A stretch of DNA of 64,000 nucleotides. Source: Octopus sinensis. Taxonomy: Eukaryota. The notes under the pieces were generated by a model that saw only the letters and a list, made by a program, of their open reading frames with translations, searched no databases and was not told the DNA's origin. Made by a program: the position numbers and the translations under genes. Shown here piece by piece: positions 24,450 through 37,145 of the stretch. The number at the start of each line of letters is the position of its first letter. Position 1 is the stretch's first letter. The stretch covers positions 30,082,464-30,146,463 of the forward strand of contig NC_043011.1 in NCBI RefSeq assembly GCF_006345805.1. Reading direction: 5' to 3'.

Positions 24450-25120
24450 CTAAATACAAAAAGAACAATATGGTCACTGATGCGATTCTGCTGTATCAAA
24501 ATATTCATAAAAATAATGTATTCTTGTATTATAAAGTCGTTCAAAGTTAGAATATATAGAAAAATATTGATTTTAGTACACCGAGGCAAGGCCACACAAA
24601 TTTGTGAGGAAGAAACAATTGATTACATCAATAAAATATATAGCTTGACAATTATTTATTTTATTGGCTTTGGGAGGAGGAAAAGTGAAAGACATGATGA
24701 AAAATGTACTGTAACCTGAATTTATATGAAAAAAAAAAAAAAATTAAATTATCAGTGGCTTTAATCTTTTTGATACCAGCTCACCTGGTTTATTGATATG
24801 AACTTTCCATTTTAAAGTGGTCTAAATAAAAACCTTCCATCATCATTCCATGTTTATTTATGTTCCAAACATTACTTTTATAACTGGTACTTATTTTATT
24901 GCAACAGATAGGGTGGCAGGCAAATTTGACCTCAATAGAATTTGAACTCAGGACAATACCTTAATGAGGATAATGATTATTTTACTAATTTTTCCCTATT
25001 TCCAAAATTAATTGAAACAAAAGCAGTGTATTTCAACAGAAATATGGGAACAAGAAGGTCAAGGTAAATTAACAACAGATGGGAAAATAAATGGTAGATT
25101 TCAAGTTGGGATAAAAGAAA

Positions 25121-25323
25121 ATTACGGAGATGTACTTGCATAGCAAGTGAACTGATCTGTGCTGGAACGAAAACAATTGCAGCATGGAAGGTGTTTATAA
25201 GCCATTTAAGAAACACAGCATGGAATTTTATCAGTGAACAGGTCACGGTCTCAAAGAGACAATAATATTTTGGCAAATTATATTTAAACGTTGAAGTGAA
25301 TCTAATGGTTTTTGTGTGTTTCT
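25121..25323. repeat. Rearranged copy of the interspersed repeat also at 55941-56180
   Basis: Two segments of the same family in opposite orientation; contains a degenerate hammerhead-like fold at 25227-25277. Confidence 0.7.
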
Positions 25324-26174
25324 TAATAAAAAAAAGCAATAATGAAAAGCAAGGAACCTGTACAGCAACAACTTAACCCTTTAACTGCCAGATTTAAGAA
25401 TCAAGAATTCCATGTCCACAATAATTACACTATGTAACACAATTTTTGTCCCTGAGTAGCAACTGTTATTTATTTACTTAACCCCTAGAAAATATGAAAA
25501 ATGGCTAAAAAATGAAAAATGGCTTAAGATATGAAAAATGGTTAAAGCTTTGCTTTTGTTACATTCATTCAAACTCCAAAGAATCCCTCTCATCACATGA
25601 CTATGATGCTCTCCAACTGATCCTGCTCATGATCAGAGATGCACATATTGTCAACCACTAAGAGACATGCTTAAGTGATTATGGTCAAGCCGCTGACAAG
25701 CAAATCTGTGGTGTTGAGCAGAATATTCACTATTATGATATTTCTGCTTCAGCAACTTGGATCTGAATTTGTCTGAAATATAATGGAAAATTGGCCACTT
25801 TCAAAACATTGATGCCCTGGTCACAGAAGCAAAGTTTGAAGGGAATAGTAGTCATTTCCTTTGATTTCTAGATAGAAGCAAATAGGAAATAACACTTATT
25901 AAATAACACTTATTAACCAAAGACAAAAAAAAAATTAAATTTTTTTTACACAGTGGTATTGAAGTCAACTTGAAATGTTAATCAGAAACATATCTTGTAT
26001 CTTTTATTTGCTTTAGTCATTGATCTGTGGTCATACTTGAGCACTGCCCTGAAGGGTTTTAGGTGAACAAATCACTTTCTTAAGTCTGACAGAAAGAAGC
26101 CAGGGATACAGTGTTTCAAAAATCAATCAATCAATCAATCAATCAATTAATCAATTTATCTATCTATCTATCTA

Positions 26175-26231
<57 letters not shown>

Positions 26232-26481
26232 ATATATATATGCCGGTGTCACATAAAAAGCACCATCCGATTGTGGCCGTTTGCCAGCCTCGTCTGGCAC
26301 CTGTGCATGTGGCACATAAAAGCAACCACTACACTCACGGAGTGGTTGGCATTAGGAAGGGCATCCAGCCATAGAAACATTGTCAGATCAGACTGGGCCT
26401 GGTGCAGCCTTCTGGCTTCCCAGACCCCAGTTGAACCGTCCAACCCATGCTAGCATGGAAAGCGGACGCTAAACGATGATG

Positions 26482-26611
<130 letters not shown>

Positions 26612-26786
26612 TAGATATATGCAAATGTAGAATGTTGGAATGAGAGCTCAACACTGCTTTGGTGGATAAATAATTTCATTATTTGTGAATTAAGGCTACC
26701 ATTGGTTTCATGTTAAGATTGGATATTCTCCTACTCTTTTTAACATGAAACCCACGTTAGTCTTAATTCCCAATTAAAGATATATA

Positions 26787-28026
26787 CAGGGGTTGGACAA
26801 AATAACAGAAACACCTAGCATCATAATTTTGAAATATCTATAAAACTGTCAAAAGCTTGTTTACTTTTATGCTTTTTGATTTATTATTAATGCTGTGTAA
26901 TATGTTTTGCTAAAATTGCTGGGGTTTTTTTTTCAGTTATCATCAGAAAAAGGTAATTGATATTCATTAAAATGACAGATCTATCGGACTTTCAAAGAAG
27001 TCAAATTGTTGGTGCTCGTATGGCATGCACTAGTGTAACGAAAGCAGCCAAAATGTTTGGTGTATCAAGAAGTCCTGTCTCGAAAGTAATGACAGCCTTT
27101 CAGAAAGAGGGAAAAACTTCATCATTGAAACACAACTACGGAAGAAAACCAAAACTTTCAGATAGGAACCATCAGACTCTTACATGAATTGTTAGACTCA
27201 AAATTACTGCAGAGCTTAATGACTACTTTGAGAACTCAGTTTCCACAAAAACTGTTCACCAGGAGCTGCATAAAGTCAGATTTCATGGGAGGGCTTCAAT
27301 CAGAAAACCACTACTTTCAAAAACAAACGTTGAAAAGTGTTTAGAGTCGAGTAAAAACCTACAGAATTGGTCCCTAGAGCAGTGGAAGAATGTTATTTTC
27401 TCAGACAAGTCATCCTTTACCTTATTTCTGGCCACTGGCTGAGTATACATGTGGAGACAGCCAAAAGAAACATTTGACCCAGACAGTCTTCTTCCAACTG
27501 TTAAACATGGAGGAGGATCTGTGATGATATGGTGGTGGTGGGGGGGCTATATCTTTGAAATCCACTGGCCCAATGGTTTCCCTTCATGGCAGAATTAATA
27601 GTGAAGATTATTTAAGCATTTTATCTGATCAAATTCATCCTATTGTTGTGGAACTGTTTCTGGAGGGAAATGCAGTCTTTCGGTGTGATAATGCACCAAC
27701 TCACACAGCTAAAGTTGTTACTGAATGGCATGAGGAACATTCTAGTGAAGTTGAACATCTTATCTGGCCACCACAGTCCCCAGATCTCAATATTATTGAA
27801 CATTTATGGTACATTTTAGAAAAGGATGTAAGGAGTCGATATCCTCCACCATCACTTCATGAACTTGAGACTGTTTTAGCTGAAGAATGGACAAAAATTC
27901 TTTTGGAAATAATTCAAATTTTGTATGAGTCCATACTTCTTAGAATTCAAGCTGTACTAATTACTGCCAAAGGTGGCCCCACCCCATATTAAAATTAATT
28001 TATTTGAAATTTTAAGGTGTTTCCAT
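26787..28026 (+). mobile_element. Tc1-superfamily DNA transposon, DD36E (Incomer-type), defective
   Basis: TA followed by left TIR CAGGGGTTGGACAAAATAACAGAAACACCT; only 12 nt of the right TIR remain (AGGTGTTTCCAT); about 1.25 kb. Confidence 0.9.
26972..27992 (+). pseudogene. Tc1 transposase pseudogene
   Basis: MTDLSDFQRSQIVGAR..GRKPKLSDR; WKNVIFSDK; KHGGGS; DNAPTH-...-SPDLNIIE with 36 residues between D and E; stops and a frameshift. Confidence 0.9.
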
Positions 28027-28202
28027 ATATATATATATCAGCTGAAATTGCGAGGATGATCTGGTTCTTGACTGAAGACTGAAGGCTTCGAATGTCCCGT
28101 CCGTGTTTTTTGTATTGTCTTCTAAAATGTTTTGCGTTCTTGTCCCAGTTTGTATTTTTTTACATATATATATATATATATTTCCATATATGTATGTATT
28201 TG

Positions 28203-28245
<43 letters not shown>

Positions 28246-29954
28246 TGAGCTTCCCAGGGCTATAGTAGAGAATGCTTGGCTAAGGTACCATGCAGTGGGA
28301 CTGAACCTGAAGCTATGTGGTTGTGGGGAAGCAAGCTTCTTACAACACAATTATGTCTGTGCATATATATATATATATATGATGGACTCCTTTCAGTTTC
28401 TGTCTACCAAATGTACTTAGAAGGTTTTGGTCAGTCCAGGGTTATAGTAGAAGGCACTAACCCAAAGTGCCTTGGAGTAGAACTGAACCTATGACCACAT
28501 GATTAGAAAGCAAAATTATTGACCACACAACCATATGTATGTGTGTGCGTATGAGTAAATATGTCTTTGTATGTGTGTGTGTAGGTGTGTGCCTGTGTGT
28601 GTATACATGTGTGTATATGTATGTGTAGGTATGTATGTGTGTATATGTGTATGTGTGCATGCATGACTTTTATCAATTCATAACATTACAAGATGCAAAC
28701 ATCAGTGAAAAACTTAAATATCATTGGAAAATGTAAACATTAGCAATAATCCTGCGTTTTTCAAACAAAGTCTTTTGCAATAACAAAGAACTCTTTTGAA
28801 ATGTGTTGCATTGGATCTCTTCTCATTCTCACCATCAGAAATGTAATGAACTAATGATTGGTCCACTAGAAACATGTTACCAGACAAAGAATAAATAAAA
28901 TAAATGAAAAAAATAAGGGTGGTGAAATTTTGGCGTTTTTTTTTTCTTTTTTTTTTTTTGCAGTTTTTGGTGTTGGAATAGGAGTTGGTAGTAAAATACG
29001 GACTGTAAATGTCGACGGTGGGAAGTCAATGCAAATGTACAAGCGGTAAATCAAATATTTAAATAGAAACGAATGAGCTAAAAAGAGACTGGCTAAAGAT
29101 AGACAGACATGCTCTATTTAAGCATGTTAAAATGTGATTTTACATGAATGAAAGAAAGGTGGGGGTGGAAGCAGGGAAAGGAAGGGGAAATTTCAGTGCA
29201 ATTCATACAAATACAAATCTGTATTTCCTTACAATTTTTCCATTCTATTTGACATGTAGTAATCTAATGAGCAAGATGGAAATAATTTGTAAAGGTGTGG
29301 CTGTGTGGTAAGAAGCTTGCTTTCCAACCACATGCTTCTGGGTTCAGTCTCACTGTGTGACACCTTGAGCAAGTGTTTTTTGCTATAGCCTCAGGCTGAC
29401 CAAAGCCTTGTGAGTGAATCTGGCAGGGGAAATTGAAAGAAGACCAGCAGTCGCCCATGCATACCAGCCTCCCCTCTCCACACCACTGATGTTATCCAAG
29501 GGAAAGGCAAAAGCTTATACAGTTTGACACCAGTGATGTCGCAATTTTTTTTTTTACAGCCAAGTGAACTGGAGCAAAGTGAAATAAAGTGTCTGGTTCA
29601 AGGACACAACACACGACTCAGTCCAGGAATCAAACTCACTACCTCATGATTGTGAGCCCGGTGCTTTAACCACTGAGCCACGTGTCATCACTAGAGGTTA
29701 TCTACGGCTACATTATTCAATGTGATTTGATGGAACTTGAGTGCTATGACAAACAGGCTAGATGTCCACCTAGAAACCCAGTTGTTGGTTTCTTGCAAAA
29801 ATATTGTCACAAATAGAATTCAAGCACCTCCGCTCCCACATTCAACGGTTTTTCACATGTAGCATTTTCAAATAGCTACAGAAATCATTCAGTACATTTG
29901 TCACCAAAATTTACATGGAAAGCTAAATTATTCTGCTTTTTGTGAACTTTCCAG

Positions 29955-30022
29955 TTCTTGGATTACATTCTCCTCTTCCATCCACACCCAATGCACTTCC
30001 ATCTCATGCTCTATATCTGGTT
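29955..30022 (+). CDS. Orphan candidate internal exon (68 nt; most protein-like frame xLGLHSPLPSTPNALPSHALYLV)
   Basis: Acceptor CTGCTTTTTGTGAACTTTCCAG, donor GTT|GTAAGT, all three frames open, non-repetitive context; protein not recognised. Confidence 0.35.
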
Positions 30023-30289
30023 GTAAGTCAATACATGAAAGAGAACATCAAATGTAGAGTCTTGAATATATTTGTTTTAAATTTATATAAATTGTTTATG
30101 TCTTACATGAATTTCAGTCTGGTGCTTTATTTAGCCGATAAAACATATTCGTTACTCTCTGACAAGTCTTTTAGCTTTGCATCAATTAACAAAGATCTAA
30201 AACAAGTGTGCAATAAAAATTTCTATTAGTGTGTGTAAAACAACAGTCTATGCGATTCCATTACTAATATCAAATACCAGGTTTGTTTC

Positions 30290-30858
30290 TTTATATACTC
30301 TTTACTCTTTACTCTTTTACTTATCTTAGTCATTTGACCATGGCCATGCTGGATCCTCCTCCATGTTTAACAGTTGGAAGAAGACTGTCTGGGTCAAATG
30401 TTTCTTTTGGCTGTCTCCACATGTATACTCAACCAGTGGTCAGAAATAAGGTAAAGGATGACTTGTCCGAGAAAATAACATTCTTCCACTGCTCTAGGGA
30501 CCAATTCTGTAGGTTTTTACTCGACTTTAGTCGAACAAATCGACCCCAGGATTTATTCTTTGTTAGCCTAGTACTTATTCTATCAGTCTCTTTTGCCAAA
30601 CCACAGAGTTACAGGGATGTAAACGCATCGGTTGTCAAGCAATGTTGGGGGAACAAACAGACACACAAACATATACACACACACATACATATATATATAT
30701 ACATATATACAATGGGCTTCTTTCAGTTTCCATCTACCAAATCCACTCACAAGGCTTTGGTTGACCTGAGGCTATAGTAGAAGACACTTGTCCAAGGTGC
30801 CACATGGAATCATGTGGTTTGTAAGCAAGCTACTTACCACACAGCCACTCCTGCACCT
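30290..30858 (-). mobile_element. Family B SINE interrupted by a 175-bp Tc1 fragment
   Basis: SINE sequence resumes on both sides of 30352-30526. Confidence 0.85.
30352..30526 (-). mobile_element. Inverted copy of Tc1 transposase segment 27345-27519
   Basis: Reverse complement matches 27345-27519 with 3 substitutions counted by eye. Confidence 0.9.
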
Positions 30859-30867
30859 AAATATGTG

Positions 30868-30987
30868 ATGCCTACAGCACTTAGGTTTCCCAAGCGGTCA
30901 CCCATCTAAGTACTAACTAGGCTCAACGTTGCTTAACTTCGGTGGTCAGACGAGAACCGGTGCTTTCAATGTGATATGGCCATAAGC
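30868..30987 (-). rRNA. 5S: Dispersed 5S rRNA copy, probably a pseudogene
   Basis: 120 nt GCTTATGGCCATATCACATTGAAAGCACCGGTTCTCGTCTGACCACCGAAGTTAAGCAACG...GATGGGTGACCGCTTGGGAA...TGTAGGCAT; single copy, apparent C>T/G>A changes, no T4 terminator. Confidence 0.9.
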
Positions 30988-32518
30988 CATACAGAGGTTC
31001 CACAATAATTGTTGTATCCTATTTGCTCCCTTATTTACTGTTTAACCCCTGAATATTTAAATGGAAGGGTTGGTCATGGCAGGAACATATTTGCTCAATC
31101 AGATCTGACCTAGGGCTCCCATTAATCTTTACTAATAATTTCCATTTTGCTCATTAGATTACAACATGTCAAATAGAAAAGAAATGCACTGAAATTTCCC
31201 CTTCTATTCTTTGTTTTTACTCCCAGCTTCTTCCCTTCTTTCATGTCAATCCATGAATATCCCTCCTAAATTTTAAAGATAATATGCTCCAGACAACATG
31301 AGCCTTCAATTTTTAATTTGGCAAGAAGTGATTTCAGGGAGACTTGATCGCTATTTCAAGCAGATCTGATAAACCATAGCATAATGGTGAATTTTATTTC
31401 TAAATATAAATATGTTATGATATAGTTATTGTTCTTAACAGACTTATTTTGTAAATTATCTTACTTGAGATTGCTTGTTGAGGATTAAAATAATTGCGTC
31501 ATAGTTAAGTTGTTATAGCTATTAAATATACAAGACACAAGCGTGGTTGTGTGGTAAGATGCTTGTTTCCCAACCACATGGTTCCAGGTTCAGTCCCACT
31601 ACATGGCACCTTGGGCAAGTATCTTCTACTATAGCCTTAGGGTGACCAAAGCCTTGTGAGTGGATCTAGTAGACAGAAACTGAATGAAGCCCATATATGT
31701 ATAAATATATATATATACTAGGCTTACAAAGAATAAGTCCTGGGGTTCATTTCTTTGACTAAAAATCCCTTTAAGGTGGTGCTCCAGGATGGCCGCAGTG
31801 AAATGTTTGAAACAAGTAAAGGAAATGCTGTTATATATACATTTTTACATCCATTCTGAATTCAAATCCAACCAAGATCAGATTTGCCCTTCATCCTACC
31901 TTGGTCAATATAACAAAGTAGTAACCAAATACTGAATTTGATTACATCATCTAAACCCTCTCCCTATAATTGCTGGCGTTGTACCTAAATCAGAAAAAAC
32001 TTATTTAAAGGCAGTTTATCAAAAGAATCATTAGAGTATCAGAAAAATACTTTTGGGTATTTGTTCCAGCTCTTAACACTCTGAGTTAAAATCCAGCTGA
32101 GGCCAACTTGGCCTTTTGTCCTTGATTGTCCTTGTCCTTGATAACATAAAACATCAGTTAAGTACTAGAGTTTATAGTATCAACTAACTCTCTCCCATCA
32201 TAATTACTGGACTTGTACCCAGTAATTTTGAAGAGGTGGAAGTTAGTCGATAAAGAAATCAGAAACCATTAGGGTAATCAGAAACCACTAGGGCAATCAG
32301 TTGGCAGAGTCATTTGAACATCAGACAAAATACTCCAGGACATTTCTTCTGGCTCTTTACATTCTGAGTTCAAATCCCGCTGAAGTCAACTTTGTGCCTT
32401 CCATCCCTCCAGAGTCAATGAAATAGAGTACCAGTCAAGTATTAGTAACACTTTGCTCTCAAAATTTCTGGCCTTATGAGAAATTCTTACTGTTGTTGCT
32501 AATATTATTATCAATATT

Positions 32519-32549
<31 letters not shown>

Positions 32550-32569
32550 TTATATTATTATTATTATTA

Positions 32570-32618
<49 letters not shown>

Positions 32619-35030
32619 CATTAAGGTGGTGAGCTGGCAGAATCGTTAGCATGCTGAAAGAAATGCTTAACAGTATTTTGCCTGTTGCTACATGCTGTGT
32701 TCAAATTCTGCCGAGACCAACTTTGCCTTTCATCCCTTCATGGTCGATGGCTTAAGTACGAGTGAAACACTGGGGTCAATCTAATTGACTAGTCTGCACC
32801 CAACAAATTTGAGGCCTTGTGCCTCCAGTAGAAAGAATTATTATTATTATTATTATTATTATATTATTATTATTATTATTATTATTATTAAAGTGGCAAG
32901 CTGGCAAAATCATTAGCAACCCAGGCAAAATGCTTCATGGTATTTCGTCTGCCTTTATGTTCTGATTTCAAATTCCACCGAGGTCAACTTTGACTTTCAT
33001 CCTTTTGGGGGTAATCAAATTGTTGCCCCAATTGACACATCACTACGCCTAATGATAGAGTTCTATCACTATTAGCTGGATCTCAAAGACCCCATTTCGT
33101 TCCATGAAGGGCCTGATGATAAGAAGTGGAATTTGAACTCAGAACATGAAGAATTCCAAGCAGATAATGTAAAGTGTCTAATACTCTAACAATACCCTTA
33201 ATTCCCCCACCCTGGGCCATTGTTTTATTTATTGCCTTCAAATGAATAAAAAGGAAAAATTGACCTTGGTGGGATTTGAACCCAGAATACAGGGGGCTAA
33301 AACAAAATCCTGCAAAACATTTGATTTGATTTGACTCTCTAATGGTTCTGTCAATTCACCACTTTTAATAGCTACCTTATCTATCACAATGAATATTGTG
33401 CTTTACATTTATACTTCAAATTTTTCCTTCATTGCCTATTAAGCTCTTAAAAAAAAAAAAAAATTATTAAAATGGTCTTAATTCAACTTTAATCGATATT
33501 TATGATCCTCATGAAATATAGATTTAATGTTGTTAATTTTATAATCAATTATGTCTGTACTTGCCAAAATAATTAAAATAATTAGTCAATAATAAATATT
33601 GTTTTTATACTCTATCACCACGTAATTAATTTTAGTCAGCTTTTTAAAGCTCTCCACATTAAATGTATTAACGTTAATTTAACTATTGCTTTTCATGAGG
33701 ATGGCGTCTCTGAGTTACTTATACATAGTGTGGTTAAGAAAGGTAATTAGCTTAAGTTATCTATTAGACTAATACATTTATCACAACTAATTAAATAAAC
33801 AACACATAAAGTAAATTACAACAAACAAGCTTAATGTTGTAATTATGCTGTCTCATATATAAGAGAGTTATTGTAACGTATAGATGACATAGTTAGTCGC
33901 TCTTTATTACCTAATTAGCTTAATACATTAATGAGTGATTATTGCTGGTGCTAACCCAACTCAATTAAGTCACTTTTAAGTATTTTATTCCACACTCTGT
34001 AGAATTTTCTCTTACTTCTTGAACTCATATTTTCAAAGCCATCCTACAAGTTTTATAGTGCTGCTTTTAGCAACATTGCTGTCAGGACTCTCCCTGCAGT
34101 CACTTGAGATGCAAGAAATAACAGCCAGTTATCCTTGAAATTACAGTCTTATTGTCTTAAAAATAGATTGGACAATGAGTGCAGGTACAGATACATGGTT
34201 AAGAAGATTGCTTTACAATAACATGGTCTTGAGTTTCATGCCCTGTACAGTACCTCAGGCAAGTTGCTTTAACCACTGAGTCATATTGGCTTCAAATTTT
34301 GGCAAAAGGCCAGCAATTTCAGTAAAAGTTGAACATCGGTTACATCAAGCCCAGTGCTCAACTGGTGTTTATATTACCAATCCCAAAAGGATGAAAGGCA
34401 AAGTCATCCACAACAGAATTTGAAGAAAGAGCATGAAGACAGATAAAACACCGCTAAGCATTTTGATTGGCATGGTGACAGTTCTGTCAGCTTGTGACCT
34501 TACCCATAGAGTCACATTGGCCGATTCCTTGAGAAAAGAAGTCATTCAACAGAAACTCAGCAGAGAAGCTTGTTATATATCATCATTTTTATAGGGAATT
34601 TCTACACCAGCATATGTTAGACAAAACCTATTGAGGCAGTGTTTCTCTGGTTGGATGCTCTTCCTGTCTCCAACTCTCTATTGTTTTACACAAGGAAATT
34701 TTCATTCCACTGGTGTTCACACATCCACTGAATTACATGGCATTTGTTTACTGCAAAACGTAAATGATGTCACTGTTTTTCCATCAAATATTGTTATATA
34801 CGAAGAAGCAAAATCAATATCTATGAACACATACTGAAACACAGATATGCACATGTACACACACAACTACAAGTTTCTGCTTACTAATTCCACCTATATG
34901 TCATTGTTTGGCCAAAAGCTATAGTAGAAAACATGTCCAGGAGGGATCAAGCCTGAAATTTTATAGTTGAATAACCATACATTATCACTATATCTAATCA
35001 TGCAACCATACCTGCATGTGTGAATATATG

Positions 35031-35131
<101 letters not shown>

Positions 35132-35143
35132 ATAATATATATA

Positions 35144-35212
<69 letters not shown>

Positions 35213-36607
35213 CATACATACAGGCCTAGTTGTGTGGGTTAAGACGCTTGCTTCCCAACTATGTGTTCTTGAGATCAATCCCGCTGCACAGTACCTTGGG
35301 CAAGTATCTTTTACTACGGGCCCCAGGCTGACCAAAGAATTTGTGAGTGAATTTGATAGACAGAAACTGAAAGAAGTACATCGCACACATGTGCATGTGT
35401 GTGTGTGTGTGTGTGTGCATCTACCCTTGTCTTGAGATCACATGATGTTTGTAAATGAAAATCAATTTCTCTCCTCCTCCTCTTCCTCCTCCTCCTCCTC
35501 ATCATCATCATCATCATTGTCATCATACAAGCAATGTTGTTTGTTTTATGTCTTCCATGAAAAACATGTCTAACCACAGGGAAAATATTACCCTACTTGA
35601 GAACAGGTGAGGACTAGTGACAGAAAAGGCCTCCAGCTGGAAAAAATATGACTCAAAAAATTTTCGTCTGACCTATGCAAGCATGGAAAAGAGGATGTTA
35701 ACTGATAATGATGACTATTTTTTGCCCCCACATAGACCCACCCCATATATGAGAGAACTACTACTCAAGCTAATCTTCAATAATTCTCTATAAACATACA
35801 AAACATCTTCATTTAGATTTATATGTTCTTGATACATGATTGTACCACAAGAAGTCAGCATCTATTTGGCCCTTTGACTTGCTCAAAACAACAACAGAAT
35901 TTCCCTCAAATCATGCTAGTGTCTTAGAAATGACTTATTAGAATATGGGACCTTGGGATCCCATATTATAACAGGAAAAAAAATGGTTGAAATGTTTATA
36001 ATTATACCTCTGCTCAGTCAGCACTGATCTGGGGTTAAAAAAAAACCTACAACAGTCTGAAGTTTCCAATCCTACAATCAACTTGTTGAATCTAGTTCAA
36101 ATTTTGGTTGTTGGAAAGAAGACATTGTAATCTGTTTTATTTTGAAAAATAAAACAGTAAAAGATAAATATACTGATTCTGATTTACATTTTTTAAGAAA
36201 TAAATTTTTTTTAAATCACTTGTAAACTTAGAAAGATACAGAGCAAAAGATAAAGAAATCAATACGCAATCCAAGAGATCAATAATTTCTAAGGAAAATT
36301 GAATTTCAAGACAATATTTTTTATGTTTTTTGGGGTTTTTCTTTTTAACATTGCCTTGTAATGATACAGAGAAAAATATTTTCTTTGAAATGTCATTAAT
36401 TGGAATAGTTTCTTTCTTAAATTGCTCGAGATATAGATTGTTTATACTAAAATTTCCATATTTAAGAAAAACTTTTATCTTTGATATAATTTAGAACCAA
36501 AAGAACACCATTAAGTCAGTGTGAATAATTTGTCTAGTCTGATAAGGATTTTTGAAAAATATCAAAATAAAAGCTATGGTCATAGATGTTTAAAATGTTT
36601 ATAATTT

Positions 36608-36640
<33 letters not shown>

Positions 36641-37113
36641 TTTCATACATACATACATCTTTGATCTTCTATCTTTCAATATCTCAAATGTAAAATCTCT
36701 TCCCTGAAGATGGAGGCTCATTTTATCCAATGACGAAATCAATCTACAAACGTTATTTTGGACCACTGAGCCCCCAGAAACAGATGTTGGATTTGTTATA
36801 CTTTTCTTCAAGCCCTTTAATTCTTGACATCATTTCTGTTCTGTGTAAAGTGCCGTGCAGTGGGACTGAACCTAGAACTGCATGGTAGGGAAGCAAACTT
36901 CTCAAACACACATATGCACATACACAACTATACATACATTCATATATACATATATGCACATGACAGTCTTTTTTCAGTAGCCACCAACTAAATACACAGA
37001 CAATGCTTTATTTAGCTTGGGGTCATACTAAAAGAGAGCTGTCCAAGGTGTCACACATTAGGATTGAACCCAAAACTGTGTTATTGAGAAGTAAACATCT
37101 CCACCACAAGCAG

Positions 37114-37145
<32 letters not shown>

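Noticed and set aside
28061-28100. CTGAAGA...CTTCGAATGTC hammerhead-like string
   Set aside because: The GAAA box is incomplete and there is no stem I pairing.
33700-33745. ATGGCG...AAG|GTAATT possible first coding exon (MASLSYLYIVWLRK)
   Set aside because: Only 14 codons, with no supporting promoter or next exon.
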